DNA of 62,375 nucleotides, the filler included, from Choristocarpus tenellus KU-1152 (Eukaryota > Protista > Phaeophyceae): the NCBI GenBank assembly GCA_964200185.2. It is 11 parts of 11 records of this genome, joined end to end, with 100 filler letters (N's around TTAATTAATTAA, not from the genome) between each part and the next. Parts side by side here need not be neighbours in the genome. Positions count along the whole stretch, not along the records: positions 1 to 10,231 come from CAXNAD020003058.1; positions 10,332 to 13,965 come from CAXNAD020018834.1; 9 more parts are not named here. The stretch is one strand, 5' to 3'. A program made the translations under genes and the position numbers. Positions 1 to 11,788 of the stretch are shown in pieces (positions within the stretch are counted from its first letter, which is position 1; every line of letters starts with the position of its first letter). The notes beneath the pieces were generated by a model. The model was not told where the DNA came from, searched no databases, and saw nothing but the letters and a program-made list of their open reading frames with translations.

Positions 1-1321
1 ATGCTCGAGAAGGTGTGGCAGAGTCTGTTTAAGAGGTACAATCAGGTGTTAAGGGCGCCGGGGGGGGACATTTCGAGGTAGAGCACACTGGGACCAAAAA
101 AAGACAGTGGGTGGGCAGGCTGACTAGATCAGTCAAAGTAGACCGAGCGGCCTCCACAGCAGGCCTGGATTGGTGAGTTGACGGTGTCAAATAAAGGGGA
201 GACATAGTTTTTTTATGCAAAATATTCCAAGAAATTCAATGCAAAGGTCCGTTTTGTAACCAGAGGTCATCCCGAAGAGCTACAACTTAACGGCCTAGAC
301 TTAATGGACAGACAGTGTATATCTTAACGTAGGGCATAGTAGCAGTCGGACAGCAATTGCTTAGTACAAGCCCTATAGTCGTGCAGACAGTAGTACCACA
401 GGACACACATAACAGGTTTTAAAACTTGCCTCTGGGTGCTGTGGTTTCGTTACAGCCTTCTCGGCACCCCTTTGACTTGCAAGAACCTGCTTCTGAAGCA
501 CTTCCTTGCTCCATTCATAAAATGGTCCTCCCACTGACACTGTATTGTTCCACCATGCTGACTTAGTTAATCTTGTGTCCAGTTAGCAAGTCCAGCACTT
601 CACCTTTCTGAGCCAATGATAACCATTTCAGTTTATCAGCACCAACTGACAGTTCCTTATGCTTCCCCTTGCGCTTTGTTATACTGGACAAGGCACTGCC
701 CCCAACCTTGTTGGCGGTACTTCCCCGAACCTGACCCCATGGCAGACAGCTATAACTTGTCGGAGACAAGAAGGCTGTTTCCAGTTGGAGCAGATGATGT
801 CCTTGACACAACGATGAGCGCTGATCATCGCTGGTGCACTAATTACTCTTCTCCTCCCGGGGGTGTGGCAATCAAAGCACATTCCCTTCATCCCATTGCC
901 CCCATCCTGATCCACGGTACCGCAAATTCCATTATGGCAGTGTCTACACCTACATATATGCTCAGTGAAGGGTGGTGGTCCTGGGGTGGTGGCAGGACTA
1001 AGGCAGTGGCCTTTCACTGCTCACGGCATGGTCAGAATGTACTGGGTGCACCTACACAGGAGGGAATGGCACTGGTTGGATATCTGTATGACCACAAACT
1101 GGGTTCTTACCTACCTGCCTTGGAATGGCATGTCTGTCCATCTTAAGGCATGTCTGCTCAATTTGCCCAAAACACACCTTATGGCACAAAATTGAGGATG
1201 ACATTTGTGTGAACATAAAATGCTTGCCTTACTGCTTGACATGTCTTATATAAGCAAGCCTTAATGTGGTACTAGTACACCAAATGTAAATATCAATAGT
1301 TGGTTTTTTTGCAGTCACCTA

Positions 1322-1544
1322 GACCCAAAGTATCTGGGGGGGGGGGTCTACACCAGAGTGTCCATTTTGGACCAAAACCAGGAAAATTCCACTTTCATTA
1401 TCCATCCAACGTATGGAACCAAATCACACAAAAATCGAGACATGAAAAAATTGACCCCAAATAGACAGCCGCCACTCCCCCAGATACTTTGAGCCAGGGT
1501 CAAAAACGGATACCGGCATCCCCCCCCCCCAGATACTTCGACCT
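1322..1544 (-). mobile_element. MITE family B (poly-G/C TIRs), composite with an extra terminal module
   Basis: GACCCAAAGTATCTG(n)...C(n)AGATACTTTGAGCC (1322-1495), then a second C(n)AGATACTTCGACCT end at 1544. CCTA flanks both outer sides. Confidence 0.8.
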
Positions 1545-2466
1545 CCTATCCACTCTCCCAACATTATTTCGCCCTCTTGACATTTTGCAGATGTGTCAGG
1601 AAAAACCAATACCCAAATCAAAATCAAAACTAAATTAGAAGGACCTGTTAAAACCTGAATTGAATGCATTGTACTTTCGAGTGAAATGCGTAGTCTGTGT
1701 CGCGAAGAGAAGTCATAGTGCTGCAAAGCACCGATGCATTTGTTCTATTGTAACTGAGGTCATTGATCGCTCAGTGAAGAATGATGATGTGAATTTAGTG
1801 TGCTTCCTTGAGATACCCAAAGAAATAAATCCATGCTCTGAGGAGAGGCTTGTTGCCTTGGCGAACAAGGGTTTCTGTGGATGGTTTAACTCTGATTATA
1901 TGACATCCAGGTGTGTATCAGTTACACTTATTGCAGAGCGAACTTGGTGTATTATGAGGGGGCAATGACAACCAAGAAAAAAGTAATCAACAATTTATAC
2001 TTATCAGAAAGGAGTCGTCTTCATCATCAAGTTTCGGTACTCTCTGATTGGTAGTTCGATACAATCACCGATTGTGGTGGGGGAATAAGAGGAGAATCAG
2101 ATCGTGTACAACCACTTCTACACCTTCCACTTCTTATGCATTGATTGAAAGAGGGAGAATCCAGGTGGCTTTGAAGGATCTCTCGTTCTGATCAGAATTG
2201 ATTGATCTTATATCGGGTCGTGGAAACGAAAAGGTAGAAATTACCCCGACCAGAAAGGAAAAATGTTTTGAAACGGTCAAATATTTCTCTGTGTCGACAC
2301 AACTCAGTACCCTCACCTTTTCAAGTGGATTTATCTTATCAGCTCCTCCAGTCACCTGGACAATTGCTGTGGGGTCCATGGCCAGTGGCCCCCACTCCTT
2401 TCAATGGAGTGGGCATTGAAATGAACCCTGTGGTAGCCCCACAAATAAAGAGGGGCTTGTGCGGGT

Positions 2467-5400
2467 ATGAATGGGAGAGGCAGGACGATGATGAGTACGG
2501 ACAGACATGTGGGTTCCATATCCAATGACCCCGTGGGGAAGGAAACTCCCAGGAGAACTGCACCCCCTATTCTCACAAACCAACTAAGCGATAGAGCAGG
2601 ATCGGACTGGGGTGGTGTAGGAAACAAAGATAACGTTCTGTTCCAGAGGCTCCACCCCCCCCACAAACAGAATGACAGGCATCTACAAGCAATGCGACAA
2701 TTCGCAGCCGAGGTATCCGCAGTTTCAGCTGGGGCAAGACCCAAGACAACTGGATCCGTTCAGCAGTCAGCCGTTGCGTCAGCTAGGCGCATGTCGACAG
2801 GAGATTCCCAGCATAGATTTTTTTCGCATTCCGCGTTTGGCTCAATGAGGAATCAGCAACCCTCACGGCTCACACGTAATTTCACTTTAGGCAATCTCAG
2901 AAACTCGCGGCCAGCTGGGCCTCATAATATCGATGCGGAACCAGCGGGATTGGCGTTTTTTAATGGAACAGGGGTCACTTCTGCTGCATCTGGGTCGGGT
3001 TCATGCATCGGAGGTGGAGGTGGGGGAATGCACTACAGGTCGCAAGTAGGCATGTTCAATCAAACTTCCTCAAGACTACCTCGTTTGGAGTCTGATCAAC
3101 AAGGGTTTCCGAACGCAAAGGAAAATGACAATTTGGCTGGCTATGGCCTGTCTTTTGGTGTGTCTGCACTGAAAGGACTTCGGCCTTACATGGAGGACGA
3201 ATACAAGGTTCGTCAGCTAAATACGCTGGCTACACAATTGCTACTATATCGCTACGCCTACCTTAGTCACCTTCACATTTTGGGAAGATAGGTCGAGCCT
3301 ATCGTGAACGGAGTTGGTGCTCAAAACACTTCCAGCGGATACTCGATGTATTTACAAAAAGCAATCCCGACTAAATTCAGCCGATCACATTGACAGGTTA
3401 AGAAGATATTTGTGGCCTCAACATATTCCATTCATTCACCTCCACCTACATACATGCAACCGGACATCTTAAGATCAGAAAGCCACCTTGAACAGCCACC
3501 AAATAAGCTCAGGAACGATTCCTCAAAAGTTCGTATTTTCCCTTCGGTCTTGTATCCAAATATAGGTGATACCCCACATGGAGGCAATGGAGAGCTCTAA
3601 CAGTGCAGCTGAAGGACACGAGGGGGTATCAACACACTTCTTTGGGGTGTTTGATGGGTGAGGGAAGACAGGAAGGTTTCGCACACAATTCAAAGGCTAA
3701 GGGGGAAATAAAAGAAGAGCAACTAATAAAGCAGCAGTCGAAAATTATTTTCCTCCTACAAGAATCAACTAAGGAGCAAATTGCCTGCTGCTCGCCTCTC
3801 TTACTATTTACTTTGGTTGATGTGGTCACTGATTGGCAAAGAGAAAGAGAACATTACACATACACTTCTTGTCCTCATCACAGAGGATTATATTCCCTCC
3901 TTCCTTACAATGTATCACATGGGATTCCCTTCGGAATTCCTGTTCTGTCTCCTGCTATGTACTTCAAAGTAGTATCCCAATCACCTTTCACCCATTGAAC
4001 TGTCCAATGCTACACCTGCTTGTGTCTAGGTCATTCCCTTTGCCCAATCCCTCTTTGGAATGCGATGCTCACCCATGCCACTCTCAAGACATGCTGGAGG
4101 TAGGTGCAGCAAAGCCTTGACACAAATATTAGGTCAAACCGTGGCTCGTGAGCCGGACTTTGGATCAGAGCTGGCTTCTGCGGTGACAAAGGGATTTCTT
4201 AAGGCCAATACCGAGTTCCTTCGGAAAGCAGAGAGGTACTGTGCCAATGATGGTGAGTCACAAAATTCCTCATTCTTGTTCAAAGAGCAGCTGGAGGCAC
4301 TCAAGAAGCACTACGTTGTCTAGTCTCTCTCTCTCTCCCTCTCTCTTGCTTGTTCTTTTCACATTTTTCGCCTTTTCTATCCAGGAATGTAGGAGTACTG
4401 ACAAGTTGGACGCACTTCAACTGCTAAGCATGTACACAATTTTTTGGCACCTGTAACACTCATACTAGCCCATAGTATCCTAGAGGGTGGGGTGTTTTAG
4501 ACCAGGTTGTCCATTTGGGGCTTGATGGGGTGCTGTAAAACACCCCAGTTTGATGCCCTTGTTTTGGGTTATTTTCCTTCAGATTTGGTTCAGGGCAGGG
4601 GGGTGGAAAAGGAAGGTGCATCCAGATAAAGGAAATTTCCCTTACATGTGACACATTCACTCAAATGACATGAAAATCACTACATCGATACCTGACCCCC
4701 TCAATAGGACATTGTGGGTCGCTTTGAAGCATTCTAGAGTAGCGTATAACTATGTAAAACATGCAGGTCATCCCGAATACAATATCTACGATGTGATGGG
4801 GTTAGCCAACCTGGGAGAATTGTCTCCATAGAGCGATGTTATACCCCCAGCAAGGACATTGTAGGAACAATATTTTTGAATCCAGGATGATTTATGAAGA
4901 CACATCAACTTCAACATCCATGGGTGCCCTTTAGACTGCCAAAAATGTCTTGGGAATGAAAGGCTAAAGCTGCAAGGTATAATACACTGTAGTAAGACAT
5001 GTTTTTCCTTCACCAATATGGACCTGCAGAACTGGCACAATGCTTTTCTCGGTTCACTGCAAAGTTTGGCAATCGAGGGTTTTCCGTATAGTGTCACTCT
5101 TCTCTCCTAGAGAGGGGAGAGAAACACTAACACTCACTGCAGTAGAGGCATTAAACAAGCATTCAACTCACCATGTATATCGCTTTCAAGTGGGCAATAT
5201 TGAAAAAATCTTCCTGAGTCAATGTATCTTAGAGGGTAGAGCCGCATCCGTTTGGGGACCAAAATGCAATTTTTGCGATTTTCATGTAATTTTGGCTATC
5301 GTGTTAGATAGAAAGTGTTCATATCCTTGTTCTCCAGACACACCTTTTCATATTTTTATACATGATACCTACTCCGAAATATTTCGGAGTAGGAAAATGC

Positions 5401-8400
5401 CATTTAAAAACCTTGGGAAGCCAAGCCTCAAACGGACAAATAGGGAAAAACTCACACCCTCTAAGATACACTCACTCTCATGGGACTCTGGCGCCAGAAA
5501 TGACAAAAGAACAAACCAACAAGAGGGAGAGTTGGACAAAGGCGTGCTACTACCTACCTACCGCTTGTGTGCACCACACGGCAGTACACCTCTTGGGAAA
5601 GTTAGATGTATGTAGGCGCCTACATAGGACTGTCACAATTAGAAGTGAAACATCCTGAATGCCCCTATCCTCTCGTCAGGCAACGAGCATTGTATGGAAG
5701 AAGTAACTATTTTCACTATATTAGTAACTATATTAGTGCTCCTATCGCTGAGATAAATCAACTCATTGGCTGTCATCTAATCGTGCATAAAAACCGGATG
5801 TGTTTGTGAATATAAATTTAAGTTTGAACGTATTGTCTTTGAGTATCTATCGGCTAGAGCAGACCTCGTATATTGGCATTTCTACTCCTGCAACCCTCCC
5901 CTGCTGCTCAATAATATCGCAGCAGTTCTGCTTCTGCTCAATCTTTTCTGTGCTATGTAAGTTAGTTGTGTTCCGAGAGCAGCTGCCATCCTGCTTCAAT
6001 TTGATACCACACCTCTCCACCAAAGAAATTGTATATCCCTTGGTAGGCATGTAATGTAATCTGATGTTGGACTCCCCAGTAATGTTATGTACTCGCATGC
6101 TAACCCCATGTTATTTTGTAGCAATTCCAAAACCCGGAGTATCTCATAACCAAAACTCTCCAAGTGTCCCAGCTTCTAGGAATTCCTCTTGCAGAAGCAA
6201 TATCCTGTGACCCTGAGTATTAATCCCTCTAGGCAGCTTCCCTGTTTCACACGTTGTATTTGGTGCGCCTAACCTCCCTTTAGGGTCAACAGCGATTACT
6301 GTATTTGTGCGTGGTCAACAGCTAGTTGTGGGGAATGTGGGTGACTCCAGGGCAGTTCTCTGCTCCAATAGGAAGGCGGTTCCTCTTTCATCCGATCACA
6401 AGCCAAACAAGCCAGAGGAGCGTAGGAGAATTAAAGCGTTGGGTGGGCGAGTGCTGTACAGCTTTGGGATTCCACGGGGTAAGGTTGACCTGCACTCTGA
6501 ATAACCCTACTGGCACCATATTCCGGTATTGACAGTTAGAACTGCCTCATTCCTTTCATACTGCAGACTCCTGCCTACCCATGGTCCGACTCAATAAAAA
6601 ATATTTCTATCGTGTAACTCATTGTGTTGCACGTACTAACCAGAGGCGGAAATTAAGTGATACATTGTGCGTGAGTGCTGATGTGATGAAGGGTATCTTC
6701 GCCGTAATCAATCTCTCTTGCCTTCTGTCTTGATAGGCTCCAAGTGTCGTGTTGTTGCTTCTCCTATGCCTACCTTTTGACCGCAGTTCAGAGCCCCTCA
6801 GACCACCACGAATGACAACGTAACATGGTGGCTCTGGAGCAATGAAAACATCGCTCTGTAGTGTTAACTGTCAGGGGAGCCTTGAACACATAGTGTAGAC
6901 ACAGCGCGATGAATCCCATTGACACAAGAAGAATGGAAACATCAAATGCAATGCACTCTCTGTGCTATATCTATACATCATCATAAGAGGTGAATGTTGT
7001 CTCTCCACGCCAAAGTGAACGGGATCCTGGCTGTATCTCGGGCGTTTGGTGATCGAAACATGAGGGGTTCAATCAATGCGGACCCAGATGTGAAACAGCG
7101 ACACCTGGAGAGGGGAGATGATTTCCTCATCCTCGCTACTGATGGCCTCTGGGATGTCATGACGAGCCAGGAGGCTTGCAACATCGTATTCAGCTGTGCC
7201 CCAGAGTTCGGCCCGCAGGTGTGGATAAGAATTTCACTTTCATGAGAGGGTCTCAAAGTCTGTGCGGAATTTTATGCTTGGACTGTTGATTTGAGGATAA
7301 TGTACAATGGTGTATCAGGAGGGAGGGAGTGTTACAAATGTGTTATGGATAATTAATTTCACAGAGTCAAACTGATTGAGAAGTAGGGCAGGTTCGGATC
7401 CTCGATCCTTGGGAACGTTCTGTATAGTACCCAGCAGTTTTGAAGTCCCCCAAAACCAACGGTCCTCAATGTGAACAACACAATCTCTCCCCAGAAATGG
7501 CATCGTCTTTTGGTTTGGACTTGGGCACGCTGATTCCTTGCCATGAATACCACCGGCATGCCCTCCTTCTAGCGACAAGAATTATCGTTTCTCGTTTCAA
7601 GAACGCTTCACACCAATCACAGGATGCTGAAAGTACACTCTTTTCCGTTGCTTAATATGCACATAGTGTATGCAAAATTGATATTCCCCCTTTCCACACA
7701 CAATGTGACACTAAAATCCAGCAAAGGCTCTTACTACAATTGCACAAAATTGCACCTTCCTGCCATTTCCTGAGTTCCTTAAAAAGCAAGCAACCCTGCC
7801 TACCTCTCAAATGGTTTGACTCCACATTCCATGTAGTACTACTATGTGTGGTGATTGTTCTGCAGGGAAATTTTCAGAGTACATGATCGATTTCTACTCA
7901 GAGGCAAGCCCCTTACCCCACTGAATATATTTCCGAGTGTATGTAACATTTAATAATCGCCGTAAACAGGTCAAAGTATCTTGGGGGGGGCGGGGGGCGG
8001 CTGTCCTTTTGGGGCCAATATTTTCATGTCGCGATTTTTGAGTGATTTGGTTCCATACGTTGGATTCATAATGAAAGTGCACTTTTCCTGGTTATGGTCC
8101 AAATGGACACTCTGGTGTAGACCCCCCCACCCCCCCCCCCCCCCCCCCCCCCCCACGCGTTCTGCTATCCCGCAACGTCCACAGCAAACACATCCACACA
8201 AAACTCACACTCGGGGTTATCCCCCCCCCCCCCCCCCCCCCAGATACTTTGGGTCAACGCTTTATTCATCGTTTTCAAATATGCATCTCACAATTGTGAG
8301 CTTTAAAAAATATATATATTTGTCAACATATGGGAAAGATAGAATGCGTGCAATGTTTGACTCACCGTCCCTTTCATTCCAAGTTGTGTCTGGAAATAGC

Positions 8401-9980
8401 TACAGTAAACGAGAGTTACCCAGGCTTCAATCATTTAGCCTTTGAAGCCAAGTTTTCGATCTATTGCATCTCCCCCTTATTTCTATAGGTGATGTACTAA
8501 GACTGACTTGAGAGCATTGGATATCTCTATTGTTTGAAAGTTTCAACAGAATCCAGAAAAGTACCCACACACGCATTTGTACAAAAAGTCGAATATTGCG
8601 CACTTGTCAGCATCCTGTGATTGGTGTGAAAGGTTCTTGAAACGAGAAACGAGAGTTTTTGTCGCTAGAGTGAGGGCATGCTGGTGGCATTCATGGCAAG
8701 GAATCAGCATGCCCAAGTCCAAACGAAAAGACGTTGCCATTTCTGGGGAGAGATTGTGTTGTTCACATTGAGGACCGTTGGTTTTGGGGGACTTTCAAAA
8801 CTGCTGGGTACTATACAGAAAGTTCCCAAGGATCGGATGGAAATATATTGCTTTTTCCTGCATGGGGAGATGTACAAACCTCAATCTTTCGAATATGACT
8901 ACGTTTACCAGTAACTCCAACATCAACAGAGAGACTCCCCAGTCCTGTCAACTACTTTGATGTATGTGGGTAAATAACGTGGCTGCAGTGTGTGTCAGGG
9001 CACAAAGAGGAAAGGTTCAAGGCCCTAGAGCTCTACTGTGCCGTTCAGAACCGAAATACATGGCATATTTAATTGTGTTTACAAGTACTCCGGAGTATTA
9101 GTTTTGTGGATTATTGAGTCAAAGTATCTTAGAGGGTAGAGCCGCGTCCGTTTGGGGGCCAAAAGGCAATGTTGCGATTTTGATGTAATTTTTGCTATAA
9201 TGTTTGTTAGGAAGTGTCAATATCCTTGTTCCGGATACACCTTTTCATAGTGTATACATTTTACCTACTCCGAAACATTTTGGAGTAGGTAAAATGTCAT
9301 TAAAAACCATGGGAAGCCAAGTCCCAAATCGACATACAGGGCAGAACTCATGCCCTCTAAGATACTTTTGCTCTTAGTTTGAGGTCAGACGACTGACTCT
9401 CTTTGTCCTTTCAAGGGCAGGCTTAGGTTCGGGGTGTAGCACACACCTTCAAGGAGGTCGGGGTTTTAGCATACAGAACAACAAGCATTAATTCATCGCA
9501 TACGTGCAGTCCCCAAAGCTGTCATACTCCTGGCAACAGACTTGGATGATTTGAAAACAACAACACTTTGAATTTTTAAAAGACGAAAAAAAAAGTGCAT
9601 TTTTAACTTCGAAGAATAAAACCTATATACCTAGTAAAACCTATGTGTGGTAGAACATTCTAACTTTCCTGGTTGCAGAAAACAATGAGGAAACACCATG
9701 ACATCTCGTCCTGGATCAGAACTACTGTCTCACCATTGCCTGCTGACTACACCTTCCTCAGGCGTCCTCGGAGCTCCTCACTGCCACAGCTCTTCGAAAG
9801 GGATCAATGGACAACACAAGTGCCATGGTGGTAGACCTTCGGGGCATTTGGGATGCTCCCAACTCTGCCCTCCATAATGAATCTGCAGTGAAGGCTGCTG
9901 CTGCTAATGCTCATTCTGGAACTGTTCAAGATGCAGCGACCCCTGTCAGGGAAAGACGGGCTTCAACTGGCACCTATAGG
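2467..9980 (+). CDS. PP2C/PPM-family Ser/Thr protein phosphatase with long low-complexity N-terminal extension (6 exons, 3' end probably missing)
   Basis: Phase-compatible GT-AG exons 2467-3207, 3566-3657, 4089-4252, 6284-6478, 7016-7218, 9762-9980. They join to give all PP2C motifs: GLRPYMEDE, FFGVFDGHAG, DGSTA, VGNVGDSRAVL, SSDHKP, RVNGILAVSRAFGD, LILATDGLWDV, GSMDNTSAMVVDL. The start could be the ATG at 2467 or 2488. Confidence 0.95.
4467..4720. mobile_element. Divergent family-A-like MITE in PP2C intron 3
   Basis: Imperfect TIRs AGCCCATAGTATCCTAGAGGG / CCCCTCAATAGGACATTGTGGGTC, ~254 bp, with the internal GTCCATTTGGGG motif shared with families A and B. Confidence 0.5.
5216..5477 (+). mobile_element. 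MITE family A
   Basis: GAGTCAATGTATCTTAGAGGG...CCCTCTAAGATACACTCACTC; flanks TCCT/TCAT; body matches copies at 9116, 29398, 29924, 31420 and 57189. Confidence 0.9.
7364..7822 (-). mobile_element. MITE family C, long 459-bp variant carrying module X
   Basis: GAGTCAAACTGATTGAGAAGTAGG...CCTACCTCTCAAATGGTTTGACTC, perfect 4-bp TSD CACA. Confidence 0.9.
7968..8255 (+). mobile_element. MITE family B
   Basis: AGGTCAAAGTATCTTG(n)...C(n)AGATACTTTGGGTC, AAC on both flanks; body is the reverse complement of 1322-1495. Confidence 0.85.
8403..8838. mobile_element. Truncated mosaic MITE (G-type end + module Y + module X)
   Basis: Starts AGTAAACGAGAGTTACCCAGG, identical to the sequence at ~28719. 8545-8615 matches 24760-24830. 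8607-8838 is an inverted copy of 7398-7630. Confidence 0.75.
9116..9373 (+). mobile_element. MITE family A
   Basis: GAGTCAAAGTATCTTAGAGGG...CCCTCTAAGATACTTTTGCTC. Confidence 0.9.
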
Positions 9981-10012
9981 GTATGGGCAACGCAGGCAAG
10001 GGCTCCTTGTGT

Positions 10013-10188
10013 GGCTCAAAGTATCTGGGGGGGGGGTGGCGGCTGTCCATTTGGGGCCCATTTTTCCATGTCGCAATTTTTGGGTGATTTTGTTGCCTGT
10101 GTCGAATGCATAATATAAGTACACTTCTCCTGGTCAGGGCCCAATTGGACACCCTGGTGTAGACCCCCCCCCCCCCCCCCCCCCCCCC
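10013..10188 (+). mobile_element. MITE family B, right end lost in poly-C
   Basis: GGCTCAAAGTATCTG(n)TGGCGGCTGTCCATTTGGGGCC...TGGTGTAGAC(n); collinear with the 7968 copy. Confidence 0.85.
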
Positions 10189-10231
10189 TCGTTATGTTGG
10201 TGTGCACGGATGGTGTGTTTGCATACACAAG

Positions 10232-10331
10232 NNNNNNNNNNNNNNNNNNNNNNNNNNNNNNNNNNNNNNNNNNNNTTAATTAATTAANNNNNNNNNNNNN
10301 NNNNNNNNNNNNNNNNNNNNNNNNNNNNNNN
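10232..10331. other. Artificial contig linker N44-TTAATTAATTAA-N44 (first of 10)
   Basis: The same 100-bp spacer occurs at 10232, 13966, 17897, 21810, 29167, 37914, 40683, 46684, 52847 and 56438. The 12-mer places stop codons in all six frames. Confidence 0.98.
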
Positions 10332-10444
10332 GTACTGCTGTATGGTAGCATGACTAAGGAAGAAAGGAACTTTTCGCGAGAAATCTTTAGGCGCGCGCCA
10401 AACTCGCGTGAATATATCTGGGAGTTTGTGCCAAATCGCCCGAA
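10332..10444 (+). repeat. CpG-rich dispersed repeat D, copy 1
   Basis: GTACTGCTG...TTTTCGCGAGAAAT...GCGCGCGCCAAACTCGCGTGAATAT...GCCAAATCGCCCGA recurs at 18025-18136. Confidence 0.85.
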
Positions 10445-10873
10445 TACGAGAAATCCGGTATAAAAGCCTATTTTTTGAGCATATCGAAAAAAATACAAAA
10501 TTGCATTTTTTTCGATTTGGTTCATAATATTTGGCCCATGTGGATTTTATACCACCCTGCTCTTATTATAGGAATATGTGAGTATTTGTATTGTGAAAAA
10601 AAATAGTGCATTGATCTCGGTTTGAAGAATAATTTGTCAAACAAAAGAAAGAACAATATGTACAGAAATAGTCTAAGGAAGATATAATGGCACATCTAAG
10701 GTTGACTCTTATCAACAGTCTTTCCAGTTTCCAAGACACCTCGAATGACACAATTTATATTGAAAATATCATCGACTTTTTGTGGTTTCGAAGCCCAACG
10801 ACACCTCAAATAACAAATATCATACTGAGAGTCTTGTAGACACACCTCGTCTTGATTCAATGACGCTAGTCAT

Positions 10874-10997
10874 CCATAGACTCTTTGTCCCACCTCTTGT
10901 CAGAATCTGCATTGACTCTTGGTCCCACCTTTTCATCAAAATTACCATAGATTCTTGGTTTCAGCTCTGGTCAGAATTTCCATGGATTTTTTGTCCC
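10874..10997. repeat. Degenerate 35-36-bp tandem repeat, ~3.5 units
   Basis: CCATAGACTCTTTGTCCCACCTCTTGTCAGAATCT-like units. Confidence 0.7.
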
Positions 10998-11788
10998 TGT
11001 GTGAGATCCTCTGAAGTGACAAGATATCATTGAGACCCTCTTTGAGTTATTCGTGTTCTCGGAAGTCATCATGAGTAACTCTCATTGGTTGGTTCGTATT
11101 GCGAACTGTTCAAACTCAAGTGTCAGACTTGAGCTAGATGTGTTCTATTTCCTTTCTGTTTGGGTTTGTGTGGGTACACCTTGTTAGTGGAGGTTCGTGA
11201 ACTGTCTTGAGGTTGCCTTGACCATCCATCTGAGCTCATCTCACTCTCTTCTTCACATTAATCCTGTTCCTATCCTTCCCACCGCCGTCCCATCAACACG
11301 AGTGGATAGCTGTCATCGCCACCCACTTTAAGAGATTATCCGAGCCATTCACAAATGCTGGAGTATTCTTATTGCTGTGAAAAAATAGGACTCTATACAA
11401 TTGCTCTGGCTGCAGTAACAACAGCGGTCGTTTCAAGGTTGTTAAGGTTTCCGCTGGGGAACTTGTTCACAGTTGGCCTATACCGCAACCATTGTGTCGG
11501 AAACCTGCAACCGACCTTTGGCAACCACGGAGGTATTGAAAAACCGTGCACACAACCATCAGAGTTCCCTGAGTGTAACGTGGTGAACATGATGCGCTAT
11601 TCACCTTACCATATCCTATTGACCAAGGAAATGTTATCATTTCAATGGTCATACTATTCGGTTCTTATCAAACCCAGACCGTAGCATAACCGTGCTACGC
11701 TGGAGTGCACTTACCATACACGTACTATCCAGTGTGGTACACTGACATTAAAATACAATAATGCAACATGGGAAGCAATATATATGCA

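Noticed and set aside
616-1146. 176-aa ORF with LVGYLYDHKLG, faintly like a LINE RT C-terminus
   Set aside because: Only one weak motif and no YADD or other RT box, too little to call.
3292-3393. Possible extra PP2C exon after the AG at 3291
   Set aside because: It runs into a stop without a convincing donor; exon 1 joins 3566 cleanly.
5040-5615. ORFs sharing peptides such as ILEGRAASVWGPK / DPQMDAALPSKIL (also near 29804, 40786, 56928)
   Set aside because: Chance translations of the non-coding family-A MITE; frames and stops differ among copies.
7315-8960. Paralogous short ORFs on opposite strands (MARNQxAQVQTKRRCHFWGEIV...)
   Set aside because: They are the two inverted copies of MITE module X inside a PP2C intron.
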